From: the human T2T-CHM13v2.0 reference genome, Homo sapiens
Strand: one strand, 5' to 3'
Assembly (NCBI RefSeq): GCF_009914755.1
Contig: NC_060947.1
DNA length: 64,000 nt
Shown here: piece after piece, positions 19,476 to 33,109 of the stretch
Numbering within the stretch: the first letter of the stretch is position 1
How the letters are laid out: every line of letters begins with the position of its first letter
Position numbers and translations under genes: made by a program
The notes under the pieces: model-generated
Told to the model about the DNA's origin: nothing
The model's database searches: none
What the model saw: only the letters and a program-made list of their open reading frames with translations

Positions 19476-19920
19476 TATAGGGTTGAAGATCATCAGTGTA
19501 TAAGTGGTAGAAGAAACAGAAGTGTTGAGAATAACTTTGAGAAGGAGAGTAGAATGAGAAACAGTAAGAGAAAAAACACTACTATTCATGTTAACTATTT
19601 ATCAAGTTTAAAAAAGGTCCCAGTCTTAGAAGAGTGAGAAGGTGGGGCCTGAGTGAGTTAAAAGAAAACCTTGAAATTATGGTGTCAAGGAAGCTAAGGG
19701 AGGAGCAATTCAATGCCCAATGTTATAGGATATAGTGTAAGATAAGGGTTAGGTGATAGTTGTGGAGTAGTCAGTTATCTGTGGTATCTGATGGGCCTAA
19801 ATTGAAAGATTGCATTTATGCCAGAGTGGAATAAAATGAAAGAGCAGTTCCCAAAGAGAATTGAAATTCATTTGAGAAGTGAAGTTAATGGGGAAATGTT
19901 TATTTCAGCAAAGAAGTGGG

Positions 19921-20230
19921 ATTTTTGTTTCGTTTTGGTTTTGAGATGGGGTCTCTTCCTGTCACCTTGACTGGAATGCAGTGGTGCAATCACGGCTTAC
20001 TGCAGCCATGACCTCCCATGCTCCAGCAATTCCCCTACCTCAGCCTCCAGAGTAGCTGGACCTTAAGGTGTGTGTCACCATCCCTGGCTATTTAAATTTT
20101 TGTTGTTGTTGTTGTAGAGATAGGGTCTCACTGTGTGGCCTAGGCTCGTCTTGAACTCCTGGACTCAAGCAATTCTCCCTCCTTGGCTGCCCACAGTGCT
20201 AGGATTACAGGTGTGAGATCACACCCAGGC
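19921..20230 (-). mobile_element. AluJ
   Basis: Diverged dimer with J-type features. Confidence 0.85.
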
Positions 20231-20689
20231 AGCAGTGGGTTTTACTGAGGTACGTTAGATTGTAAGGAATTGAGGTGTAAGGATGGGGATGAGATAAGCT
20301 GTTGGACTTGGGAGATGAGAAGAATTAGAAAAGAATTTCAGAATTTGAGAGCTAGAGGTAACCATACAAATCATTTAAATAATTGGCAATATGAATATGC
20401 CATTGAGTTTTTTCTGGGTTCAATTCATGAGATTGTTTTACAACTTTACTGTTTCCTGAAGACAGTGAATTAGGCTGCACATATGCCATTCCATTTTGTA
20501 GATTCAGATATACAGAAGAACCTGATAACCTCTGGTATGTACGTGAAAGGAACTACTCTTAGGCTACTGAATTTTAATGATAATGTGATTCTATAAAGTT
20601 TCTGTTTGTCGAAATGTGTGGGAGAAAAACAAAGTATATAGAATTCTAATTAAAATATGTATGTATGTGCATATCTTATTATCCTGTAG

Positions 20690-20918
20690 AGTGATTTTGC
20701 AAGGTCAACCTGAGATGCTCTTGAGTATCAAAGCTCATGTGGTTGAGCAGATTATTGAATTATTAAGCATGAGTAGTGACAGAAGGCTGGAATGCATACA
20801 CTTTGGTCCTGTTTTCTTCGGATCATCAAAAATTAAACATGCACGTGTATACAATAATAGCCCAGAGCCCATAAATTGGGTGGCCATCATACAAGATGAT
20901 GCCGTGGGAGAAGAATTG
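20690..20918 (+). CDS. CFAP47: CFAP47 exon (~5): VILQGQPEMLL...DDAVGEEL
   Basis: cctgtag acceptor, TTG|gtaagt donor, 229 nt; lies within ORF 20616..21062. Confidence 0.94.
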
Positions 20919-21361
20919 GTAAGTAAGTGGTGCGACAGGGATATCAGATATTATGACTTAAAAGAGATTGTGTTAAATCTAATAATAACCAACAAGCTTT
21001 TTAATTATTCAAAATATCTTTTAACATGGGCAGATAGATTTGATTTTATGTGTATCCAATAGCAACCTCAAAAAATTCAGAAATTAAGCTAACATTTATA
21101 GTAATATATATCTGAAGTAAACCAGACAAGTGCTTCTTATAGATCAGTGGCTAATTGAAGGTATTTCTGTTCTCATCAATTTTTTAATCCTTTTTCAAAT
21201 TGTATGATGTGCCTTGGTCAAATTTATGTGTAAATGTTACTTTAAAGATAGATATTTGCTATTTCCTAGATTCTGGAATTTCAATAATTATTTTGTAACC
21301 TCCTCAAAAATTTTTTTGTGTTTTGCCTTAATACTCTTTTATATCTGACTTTATATTACAG

Positions 21362-21522
21362 GGTACAGATATTCAACAAAGAACAGATATTGCTTTAAAT
21401 AATCTCACCTACATAAGAAAAATAAAGAACATAGATACTACTATCATTATCTCCTGTCTTCCTAATGAAGGGACTTTACAACCTTATCAAAAGACTGTAA
21501 TTACATTTTGTTTCACCCCAAA
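21362..21522 (+). CDS. CFAP47: CFAP47 exon (~6): GTDIQQRTDIALNN...TFCFTPK
   Basis: ttacag acceptor, AA|gtaagc donor, 161 nt, open frame. Confidence 0.92.
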
Positions 21523-23150
21523 GTAAGCAAAAATTAATTTCATTGTAATGTTAAATATTAATGGAAAGTATATTAACCACACTTTAATCAGATTCACTTT
21601 AATACTATAATAGTAAAACTTGCCAGAAGGCACAAGTCAGATTTTTCTTGTCATGGTTCTAGATGTTTCTAACATGGTTAGTAATATTTCTAATAATTCT
21701 AAATATGGTTCTAAATACTTCATGTAAAGTTAAAAATATCCCTAGACCTTGTGGAAATGGGGTGGTGGAAGTGCAAGTTTTGAGTTGTTTTGGAGTGTGG
21801 CCCCAAATTGTTTGTGCAGTCAAGACCTTGTTGTCCCCACGAATAGTCAGGTGCATGCAGCATGTCGTAGGTCCCTCCAAAGAGGATGCAATACTTCTGG
21901 CAGGGCAGAATTATTGCTGACTATCCTAAGTATTAAACCTATAGCACCTTCCAGGGATCAGTCAAACTTGTTTGCTGAAATTCATACAGACTTTTAGCAC
22001 TTAAGCCAGTGTACATTTTTCATAATTCCATGAACTTTGTTTTGTTATTAAATTTGAAGAGCATGCTGTTTTAAATATATAATAGCAATTTCAGTGACAC
22101 CTTGATAAGTTGTAATATGTGTGAACTGATTCAATTGCAAGAATATTTTCCCTTGTTTGTGAGAGGGTAATGTTTAATGTACTTCTTGTTTGTGGAACAG
22201 GGTTGCCTGTTGAAGATTGAGCTTGCTTTAATTTAAAGAGGTTAATAAATCAAGTAATTGTTCTATATGTAAATCCACAATTGCCTTATTAATGATACCT
22301 TCATACAAGTAGTTTCTTTGGTGAATCTGTAAGATTCTGTTTAATACACAATCTTTGAAATTTGAAATATTCTATTCTTTTTTCATGGCAGCATGTTAAC
22401 TTGAGAGTCTAGCATAGAATCATAGGTATATGTATGATTTGAAGTCTTAGTTAAATGTGTTCTGACCACACTATTTGTATTCATATTTAATATTACATGT
22501 CAGTATTTTGTAAATGTAGTTGAGTTTGCACTACTAGAGAGCTGACCTCTAGGTAAGGCAGGTAAAAATAGCCAATGAGCAGACCTATGACATAAACCAT
22601 CTCTGCCTTTACTCCTATTTCCCTTCTTCCTAGCCTTCCTTTCCTTTTCTCCTCAAACAAAATTTAACTGTTAGCAATTCGTGTTCTCCAAATTACTTGT
22701 CCACAACAAGAGCATGGCTGGCAATATGCACTTAGTACATTGGGGAAGACAAATTTGTAACAAATGTTTTTTATTATGCCCAAGAGTAAGATGGACTATT
22801 GTAAAGAATTAATCAGAGTCCTTAGTTAGAGATGAATTTTGTCTGGAAGAAAATTCTTTGCAGAGAAAGTGGCATTTGAGCTAGACCTTGATGACTTGGT
22901 ATATTTAAATTACTCTTGTCTTGACGATGTTGGCACGAACTCATTTTTCTCAGCTTTATACTCTGTAGCCTTCTTTTGGCAAATCTCTCTGGCTGTGCAG
23001 TAAATTTGGATAATGGATTACAGTTGTATTTTCATTCCTTAACATTCATTTGCTTGCATAGATTTAAAGATTGGATTGATATTTCCTCTTACAAGGTGAT
23101 AAAGTATATCAACTTTGCTTTAAAAATAACTCATTGTGATTTTTTTACAG

Positions 23151-23278
23151 GCTAATGGCTGTTGGTAAAAAGGATATTGGACCTTCATACAGACAGGACT
23201 ATGCTCTCTTTTTGAGATTTGAGTCCGTAGGAAGTAAAGATGGATTTTTGAGAGATGATGACTATAAAACCATCAAAA
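23151..23278 (+). CDS. CFAP47: CFAP47 exon (~7): LMAVGKKDIGPSYRQDY...DYKTIK
   Basis: tttttttacag acceptor, A|gtaagt donor, 128 nt. Confidence 0.92.
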
Positions 23279-24599
23279 GTAAGTGTGAAATTAACAAAAT
23301 TATCAAATCCGTAGCCATTTAAATTGTTTAAAAATTTGAACATGAATATCTGTAGAGACAATCTAATAAAATATATAATTATTGAATAGAAAAAAAAGCA
23401 AACATGTTCAAGAGACCTTAAAGTGTCATCTGTGGCATGTTAAGAAGTCAACTTCACAATCATTTACATAATAATTTTCCAGGTTGGAAGTTAGGTTATA
23501 ATTTTAAATGATGTTAGATAAACATGATGATCTAGGGTTTAAGGAATAAGAAAAAAAAACCCGGATTTGTTTTCTATGTATGCCTAGGTTTTTTCTCAGG
23601 GATTGGTATGGGGACAAATGACCCTTTCCATCTCTACTAATCCTTCAGCTCTCTTAGAATCTACAAATAGGAACAGTAAAAAACAAGATCTAGAGATCTA
23701 GTTAGTAGGGTACAGGACAGTGTTATTGGATACTGATAATTGCACATGTTTTGCAGGCCACATGTCAATATGCCTTATATGTTTTATATTCTCAGGTTAT
23801 ATTAGGTTGGTTATAGTGAGGAAAAAAATGGAATGGGACTTGGAGTTCAGCTTAGCAAGACAGATCAAAGAGAAAATAGAGAATTAGGAAGGTTAGGAAT
23901 CAAATCCAGGAAAATGAACTATACCAAGGAGGGATTAGATCACCATCCTGGATATTTATGCAAATCGAGTGTGTCAGTATAAGTGATATTGAGCAGGATT
24001 TAACTGTATTCCTTGGGCATAAATGGATTGTTCTGTTACTATTTATATTGTGTTTTGTGATATTGAGCTACGTCTGCTGATCCTAGACAGCAATGAGAAT
24101 TCCACATTTGTACAAAGTTTACAGGTTAATCCAGTTTTGAATAGCCAGGGATGGAGTTACTAGGTTTGCCTTAAAGATAATTTAGTCTAAGATTGGCTAC
24201 TAAGAGCATTAGTGAAAAAATGCAAACTCTTTTTCTTTGGTTCTAGTTACACTGCTCTCTCTCTGCAAAATTGTTCTTCTGTTATCATCTTTCTGGTTTC
24301 CCAAAAACTTCATGTTTATATTTTTGCCCAGCTTCTATTCCATTGTCCATTATTCTAATTATTCTTTTTCATGTGCACTTATATCTGTTGGTCTGTCTCC
24401 CACAATGACTGAGTGAAAAGCCTCTAATTCTATGAAATTCAGCTTTCAGCTTACATTGGGTCTGCACATGGGAATCTGATTGTGTTGGAGAAAAACATAC
24501 AACCTTGTTGAGAGGTTTCACTTTGTATCTGTAATCACTAATCCCAAGTGAGTTCTTTAAGCTGTTTGGCATTCCCTATTGCATTCACCCATTCATTCA

Positions 24600-25412
24600 C
24601 TCTTACACAATCTGAGATGAATATCACACACCTTTTATTCTCTCCTCAAGTCTCCACTCTTTCCTCCTTCGTCTTCACTTGTAAGCTTGAACACAGAGTG
24701 GTCTAGTAGACATTTCCATAAGAATATCTACTAGTTATCTCAACTTAACATGTCCCAAACAGAACTCCTGATTTTTCCACAACCGGCTCCTCCTTCAGTC
24801 TCTTGTTTCAAGAAATGGCAATTCCATCATTTTGGTTGCTAAGGCAAAAAACTTAGAGTCATCCTTTATCACTTCTTCATTTCCCTATTCTGTGTCCAAT
24901 ATATCAGCAAATCTTCTTAAGCCTACCCTCAAAAATATATCTAAAAATCTGACAATTTTTCTCCATTTTTCTACTCTTCTCCTCCAGCCATTTGTTCTTT
25001 AAAGGCGTTTGAACATGACAGACAAGTTCCTGCCCTAGCGTATTTGTGCTTGCTGTTCTCTCTGCCTGGAATAAACTTTTCCTAGATTTTCACATTTTTT
25101 TCCAGACTCCCTTTATATCTTGGCTCAAGTATCTCCCTATCAGAGAAGCCTTTTTGGACATCTCTACATAAAACAGAATCCCCAAGACCTTGTACTCTGT
25201 CTCAACCTGTCTTACCTTTACCCATAATACTTATTTTCTATGAAATGCTGTGTAAACATATAACATTATTTGGTTGATTATTGTCAATGTCACCTCACTA
25301 GAATGTAAAGTCCGTAAGAGCAGGAATGTTGTCTCTTTTATTCACTGCTGTATCCGCAAGGCGTGACACAGAGAAGACACTCAATAATTGTGTTGAATGA
25401 AAAGATTGAATG
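24600..25412. mobile_element. L2 fragment(s)
   Basis: caacttaacatgtcccaaacagaactc motif and L2 3' end (tagaatgtaaagtcc...ttgaatga); boundaries approximate. Confidence 0.7.
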
Positions 25413-25519
25413 AGCTACCCAATTTGCATTAGGTATTTCAGACAACAAATAGACTAAGCAAATATATTCTGGATTCCCCAAACACTTTTTATGTTCAACA
25501 GCTATTATTGCTTTTACAG

Positions 25520-25755
25520 GTGAACGATTTCAGAAAGTGGAATTAGCACTGACAGGCACAGGACTTCCTGTTTTACTACAGTTTGATCCAGGACCAGTTC
25601 TTAATTTTAAACCTTGTTTCATGGGTGAACGTTCAGAAATTCAGTGCATCATAAAAAATCAATGCGAATTACTTCCTGTGACGTACCACTTTAAAAAAAC
25701 TGCAAATTTTGAAATTGATCCTGAAAAGGGCAAGATTACTGGAGGGGGTATGGTG
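25520..25755 (+). CDS. CFAP47: CFAP47 exon (~8): SERFQKVELALTGTG...ITGGGMV
   Basis: cttttacag acceptor, GTG|gtaaga donor, 236 nt. Confidence 0.94.
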
Positions 25756-26369
25756 GTAAGATAATTTTTCTTTGCGTTTACATGGCAGCTAACATTTTAA
25801 GGTGTGCTAAAATGCTATGCGGAGGATTAGAAACAACATGTGTTCTACCAGTGTTTATAAATTGTTTCTCTTCTGCAGCCTAGTTATGAAGATTTTTGTA
25901 TTGGTACTCATATAGAATCCATAATGATTTGTTAAGTGCCTGTCATGTGCCAGTGAAAGCATTTGGCACTAGGGAATTTAAAGAAATGCAAAACATAGTT
26001 ACTTCCTCTAAAATATTAGACATATACACAGGTAGGTATGGCTTAAGGAGAATATAAAACATGTTAAAGTTGTAACAAGGTGATATAGAAACTCAAATAA
26101 CAGAATGTTTACTTCTAACCAGATAGAAAGGTCTCCATAGGAGAGTAATGTATGAGCCAGACATTGAAGCTTGAGTAGAATTTTGAAGTTTGAAACTGGT
26201 GATATTTACCAGGCCTAGAACTTGTACTGCTGGTACAAAGCAGAAAAAGAGAATGCCAAGGCATACCTGTGAGCACTAGGTCAGCTTCTGGTTGTCAGGA
26301 GCTGTTTTTCTCTTAATTGCTGCACAGGTAACTCTTTCCCATATCCTCTAAACCATGGGTTAAAAGACG

Positions 26370-26877
<508 letters not shown>

Positions 26878-28261
26878 CTTAAATATAGCAAACATGAGTG
26901 CTTTCAGTTTCTCCTCAGTTTCTTATGTTATCATATTTCTTCCACTGCAGTGATGCAGTTCATAAAGTTATTGAAGGAAGCTTTCTTCCAATTGCAATTA
27001 AGAACTATTGTATACATGTTTATATACATGCAGCTCCTATTTATATCTTACTGCTTCATTAGTATGACTCTCTCCCTCCAAATTTGGATAGATGTTATCA
27101 GTTTTCAAAGAATAGCAACAAATGTTAGCCACTTTATACTAAATGTTTTCTTTTTAACTGCTTTCTAGATTTCCTGTAGTCCAAGTCTCTTAAACCTACC
27201 GACTCAATTATTTTTCTCCAGTAACATATGCATCTTTCAAAACATATCTAATAGCTAACTCCCCAATATTATTTTTAACCCTCTACATTTATGAATTTTT
27301 CCAACACTAATAATTTTCAAATTAGTAAAAATGCGAATGTAAGAAGTATAGTAGACACTGGAGAATTGTGGCCTGCACAGACTGGTCAAATGGCCTTTGA
27401 CTATTTAGAAGTGTGATAAGATTATTCTTTTTAAATAATAACTTTATTGATATGTAATTCACATACCATAAAATTCACACATTGAAGTATACAATTCAGT
27501 GATATTAATATGTTCAGAGATTGCACACATCAGCACTAATTCCACAACGTTCTCTTCACCCCAAAAAGAAACTCCATGTCCATTAACAGTCATTCCCCTT
27601 CTCCTCATTCATCAGCCTCTGGCAAGTATTAATCTATTCTCTCTGTCAGTAGGTTTTCCAGTTTGGGTCATTTTCTATAAATATTATATTTATATAAGGC
27701 ATTTTGTGTATGGCTTCTTTCATTTAGCGTAATATTTTCAAGGTTCATGCACATTGTAATATGTATTAGTGCTTCATTTTTATAGCCAAATTATATTTTT
27801 TGTATGGATATACCACCTTTTGTTTATCCGGTCATCAATTGAGGGACATTTGGGTTGTTTCCACCTTTTGGCTGTAATGAATGATGCTGCTATAAACATT
27901 CATGTACAACTTTTTGTGTGGACAGATTTTTAATACTGTTGAAATACACCTAAGAGTGGAATTGTTGGGGTCATATGAAAACTCTATGTTTAACTTTTTA
28001 AGAAACTGTCATACTATTTTCCAAAGTGACTATACCATTTTATATTCCTACCAGCAATAAATGAACATTCCAATTTACCCATACCCTCCACCACACTTGT
28101 TAATGTACTTCTTTTTTTATTATAGCCATCCCAATGGGTACAAAGTGGCATGTCCTTATGGTTTTCATTTAAATATCCCCAGTAACTAATGATGATGAAT
28201 ATCTTTTCATGTACTTATTGTCCATTTGTATATTTTCTTTGGAGAAATATTTATGCATATC

Positions 28262-28758
28262 TATGATAGGCAGAATAATGGCCCCCTAAAATATCTCTAT
28301 CCTAATCTCTAGAAATTATGAACATGTGATGTTCTATGGCAAAGCAGAATTCAGGTTTCACTTGAAATTAAGACTGTTAATCAACCCACCTTAAAATAGG
28401 AAAATTAGCCTGGATTTTCCAGGTGAACCCTATATACTCTCAGGTTCCTTAAAAGTGGAAATGGAGGACAGAAAATGTGTCAGTGTCAAAGTAATGGAAG
28501 ACTTTACTGTCCATTGATTTCTGGCTCTGAAGGTGGAAGGGGGTGGGGTGCATAAGTTGAGGAATGGGATGGCTTCTGGAATCTGGAAAAGGCAAGAAAG
28601 CAGATTCTCTGCTAGAGTTTCCAGAAATAAGCAGTCCTGCTGACACCTTGATTTTCATCCTGTGTTAGGCTTCTGACAAGTGTAAGATAAGAAATTGAGT
28701 TATTTTTGTCAACAAGATTTTTGGTAATTTTTTATTGCCAAAATAGAAAACTAATAGA
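28262..28758 (+). mobile_element. MLT1D-like LTR
   Basis: taggcagaataatggcccc start, atagaaaactaata end. Confidence 0.8.
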
Positions 28759-29085
28759 ATACATTTTACTATTTTTTTAATTGGGCTGTCTTTTTTTTAT
28801 GGAATTGCAAGAGTTCTTTATATATTCTCAATACAAGTCCTTTGACAGATACAGAAATCACAAATATTGTATTCCATCCTGTGGATTGTCTTCCCACTTT
28901 CTTGATAGTTACCTTTGAAGGATAAAAGTAATACTTTTGACTAAGTTCAATTTATCTATTTTTTTCTTTTGTCTCTTGTGCATTTAGTATCATATCTAAG
29001 TAGTCATATACTGTCTGAGGTCATTAAGTTTTGTTTCCATGTTTTTCTCTAAGAATTTTAGCTCAAACTGTTAAATCTATTTGTT

Positions 29086-29460
29086 GGTCGGGCGCGGTGG
29101 CTCACGCCTGTAATCCCAGCACTTTGGGAGGCCGAGGCGGCTGGATCATGAGGTCAGGAGTTCGAGACCAGCCTGACCAATGTGGTGAAACCCTGTCTCT
29201 ACTAAAAATACAAATATTAGCTGGGTGTGGTGTCACGTGCCTGTAATCCCAGCTACTCAGGAGGCTAAGGCAGGAGAATCACTTGAACCCAGGAGGCGGA
29301 GGTTGCGCACGCTTGTAATCCCAGCTACTCAGGAGGCTAAGGCAGGAGAATCACTTGAACCCAGGAGGCGGAGGTTGCAGTGAGCCAAGATCGTGCCACT
29401 GCACTCCAGCCTGGGTGACAGAGTGAGACTCCGTCTCAAAAAAAAAAAAAAAAAAAAAAA
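29086..29460 (+). mobile_element. AluS with a 72-bp internal tandem duplication
   Basis: TSD ctatttgtt; tgtaatccc recurs at 29242 and 29314. Confidence 0.93.
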
Positions 29461-29661
29461 CTATTTGTTATTTTTTGTAAATGGCATGATTTAGAGGTTG
29501 AAATGTATTCTTTTTCATAGAGATGTCAGGTTATCACAGAATATTGTCACATATATAAAAAAACCAATTGAATGTGAATATAAGGATTTCTAGACTAAAA
29601 ATTCTATTTTGCATATCTGTATTTATCCTATGTCAGTACTACAATATATTAATTACTGTAG

Positions 29662-29883
<222 letters not shown>

Positions 29884-32350
29884 TAATGTGGGATGCTTGC
29901 AAATACATATGAACTTTAACATTAGCTTGCTAATTTCTGAAAAAAAAAAAAAAAAAAAAAAAAAAAGGACAGCTGGAATTTTGAAAAGAATTGTGTTGAA
30001 TTTGTAAGTCTATTTAGGGAATATTGCCATTTTAACAATATTAAATCCTGTGATCCAGAAGATTGTATGCCTTTACACTTATTTATGTCTTCTTTAATAC
30101 CTTTTAATAATATTTGTAGTATTCAATGTACAAGTCTTGCAATTATTTTAAAAATTTATTTCTAAATATTTTATCCTTATTTGATGCTATGTAAATGAAA
30201 TAGAATTCTTAGTTTTATTTCTGGATTATTCATTGCTAGTGCATATAAGTGCATTTGTTTTCTGCATATTGACCTTGTATTCTGCAAATTTGCTGAACTC
30301 ATTTATTAGTTCTGGTAGTTTTTTGGTGGATTCTTTGGGATACAAGAACATGTCACCTGTGAATGGAGGTCACTTTACATCTTTCTTTCTAATCTGGATT
30401 CATTTTATTAACTTATTTTCTTACCTACTTGTCCTAGCTAGAACCTCTAGTACAATATTAAATAGCAATGGCAAAAGGGGTATCTTGTCTTGCTCCTGAT
30501 CTGAGGGGAAAGCATTTAGTCTCTTATCAAGTTTCATGTTAGCTGTAAGTTTTTCATTGACTGCCTTTATAAACTTGAGGGAGTTCCCTTCTATTCCTAG
30601 TTTGTTGCATGTTTCTATTATGGAAGTGTATTTTGTCAACCACTATTTCTGTGTCTATTAAAATGATAATGTGATTTTGTCCTTTATTCTATTAAGAGTG
30701 TGCATTACATTGACATATGGATATTAAACTTGAAATCATACTTGTACATAGTATATAATCTTTTCTACGTTTTGCTGGCTTCAGTTTGATCGTATTTAGT
30801 TGAGGATTTTTGCATATATATTCATAAGGGACATAAGAATGCAGATTTTTAAAAAATGTTTTTGATTTTGGCATCAGAATAAAACCGGTGCCACAGAATG
30901 AATTGAGAATACACTCTTCTTTTAAATTTTTTGTAAATGCTTGTGAAGGATTGGCACTAATTCTTCTTTAAACGGTTGGTAGAATTTACCACCAAAGCCA
31001 TTTTGTCCTGGGATTTTGTCAGAAAGTTTTTGGCTATTAATTCAATCCCTTTATTTGTTGTGGGGCTATTCATATTATTCATTTTTTCTTGGGTCAGTTT
31101 CAGTAGTTTATGTCTTTCTCTTTATAAGAATTTGCCCATGTCATTTAGGTTATCTGGTTTGTTGGTATTCAGTTGTTGATCACATAATCTTATACCCCTT
31201 TTTACTGGTGTAAAGTTGGTAGTGATGTCCTCTCTTTTATTCCTGATTTTAGCAAAGTTAGTCATCTCTTTTTTTGCTTATTAAGTCTAGTTAAAATTTT
31301 TTCAGTGTTGTTAATCATTTCAAAGATATAGTTTCAGGACTGTTGATTTTTTCCTAACATTTTCTATTATCTTTATTATTTATTACTACTTTTGTGTTTA
31401 TTATTCCTTTCCTTATACTCACTTTGAACTTACTTTGTTCTGTTTTCAAATTTCCTAAGGTGGATGGTTAGAATATTGATTAAAGTCTTTTTTAAAAAAT
31501 ACTTTTGTTTATAACCATAAATTTCTGTCTTGTCACTGCTTTTTCTGCATTTCATATGTTTTGGTATGTTGTGTTTTAGTTTTTCTTCATCCCAAAATAA
31601 TGTTGAATTCCCCTTGTGGTTTTATTCTTTAATCTATTGGTTATTTAGACATGTATTGCTTAATTTCCAAAATGCATGAATTTTTCACATTTTCTTCTCT
31701 TATTGATTTTAATTCATTGCATTTTGGTTGGAAAACATACTGCACAGATTTCAATCCTTTTAAATTATTGAGGCTTATTTCACAGACTAACATAGTCTAT
31801 ATTTGAAATGTTTCATTCAAAGTGCGAATGTGTACTTTGGAAAAATGTGCATTCTACTGTAGTTGGGTAAAATGTTCTACAGGTATATTTTGGGTCTAAT
31901 TGGCTTATGATGTTTTTCAGTTCTCTGTTCTTTGTTGATCACATGCTTAGTTTTTCTAATCATTATTGGAAGTGGGATATCAAAGTCTCCCACTATTGTA
32001 GTTGAATTGCCTATTTCTTCCCTCACTTTTGTCAGTTTTTTGATGCTATTAGGTGCATATATGGTTATAATATGCATTCCTGATGTCTTGACCCTTTTAT
32101 CATTATAAAATGCTCTTTTTTCAATGTAGAACTTTTTCTATCAATATCTATTTTGTCTTATATTAGTATGGGCACCCTGCTCTCTTTTGGATATTGTTTG
32201 CATATGACATATTATTTTGCCATCCTTTCACTGTCAACCTATTTGTATCTTTGTATACAATGTGTACCTCTTGTGGGAAATATGTAGATTATGTGTTTTT
32301 GCCTACTCCACCAATCTCTGCTTTTTGACTGCACAATTTAATCCATTTAT

Positions 32351-32484
32351 GTGTATCCATTTATCTATTGATGAACACTTAGGTTGATTGCATATTTTGG
32401 CTATAGAATGATGCTGCAATTAACATGAGAGTGAAGATATCTCTTCAACATGCTGATTTCATTCCCCTTGGATAAATAAAATGT

Positions 32485-32540
<56 letters not shown>

Positions 32541-33013
32541 AATACTATACAGCCTTAAAAAAATAAGGAAATCTTGTCATTTGCGAAACATGGATGAACT
32601 TGGAGGATGTTATGCTAAGTGAAATAAGACATACTCAGAAAGACAAATACTGCATGGCTACACTTATATGTGGAATCAAAGTTGAACTCATAGAAGCAGA
32701 TAGTAGAATTGTGGTTGCCAGGGGCAGTGGATGGCGAATAAGGAGATGTCAATCACAGAATACAAAATTTCAGTTAGACAGAATGAATAAGTTCTGAGAG
32801 TCTATTGTACAGAATGGTGGCTATGGTTAATAAAAGGGTATAAATATTTTCAACACAAAACAGTAAGGATATATTATTTAGCTTTATTTAATTGTTTCAA
32901 AATTACATCAAAATTACATATTAAATACTATATATTTACTATATATTTGTATACAAACAATTTCTATTTATTAGTTGTACCTTAATAGAGCTGGGGGAAA
33001 GAAATGTAAAGAA
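32351..33013 (+). mobile_element. L1MA 3' fragment with 5' inversion (32351-32473 antisense), containing a (TG)n tract
   Basis: ORF MNLEDVMLSEIRHTQKDKY; inverted segment; TSD aatccattta. Confidence 0.8.
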
Positions 33014-33023
33014 AATCCATTTA

Positions 33024-33109
33024 CTTTTTTCAAAAATTTTAATTTTAATTTCAAATTCTGGGGTACATGTGCAGGATGTGCAGGTTTATTACATAGGTAA
33101 ATGTGTGCC
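33024..33109 (-). mobile_element. Very short L1PA 3' end
   Basis: ggggtacatgtgcaggatgtgcaggttt; flanked by aatccattta. Confidence 0.8.

Noticed and set aside
21659-21997. Three overlapping ORFs in apparently unique sequence
   Set aside because: No recognisable motif or splice pair, and the CFAP47 frame is complete without them
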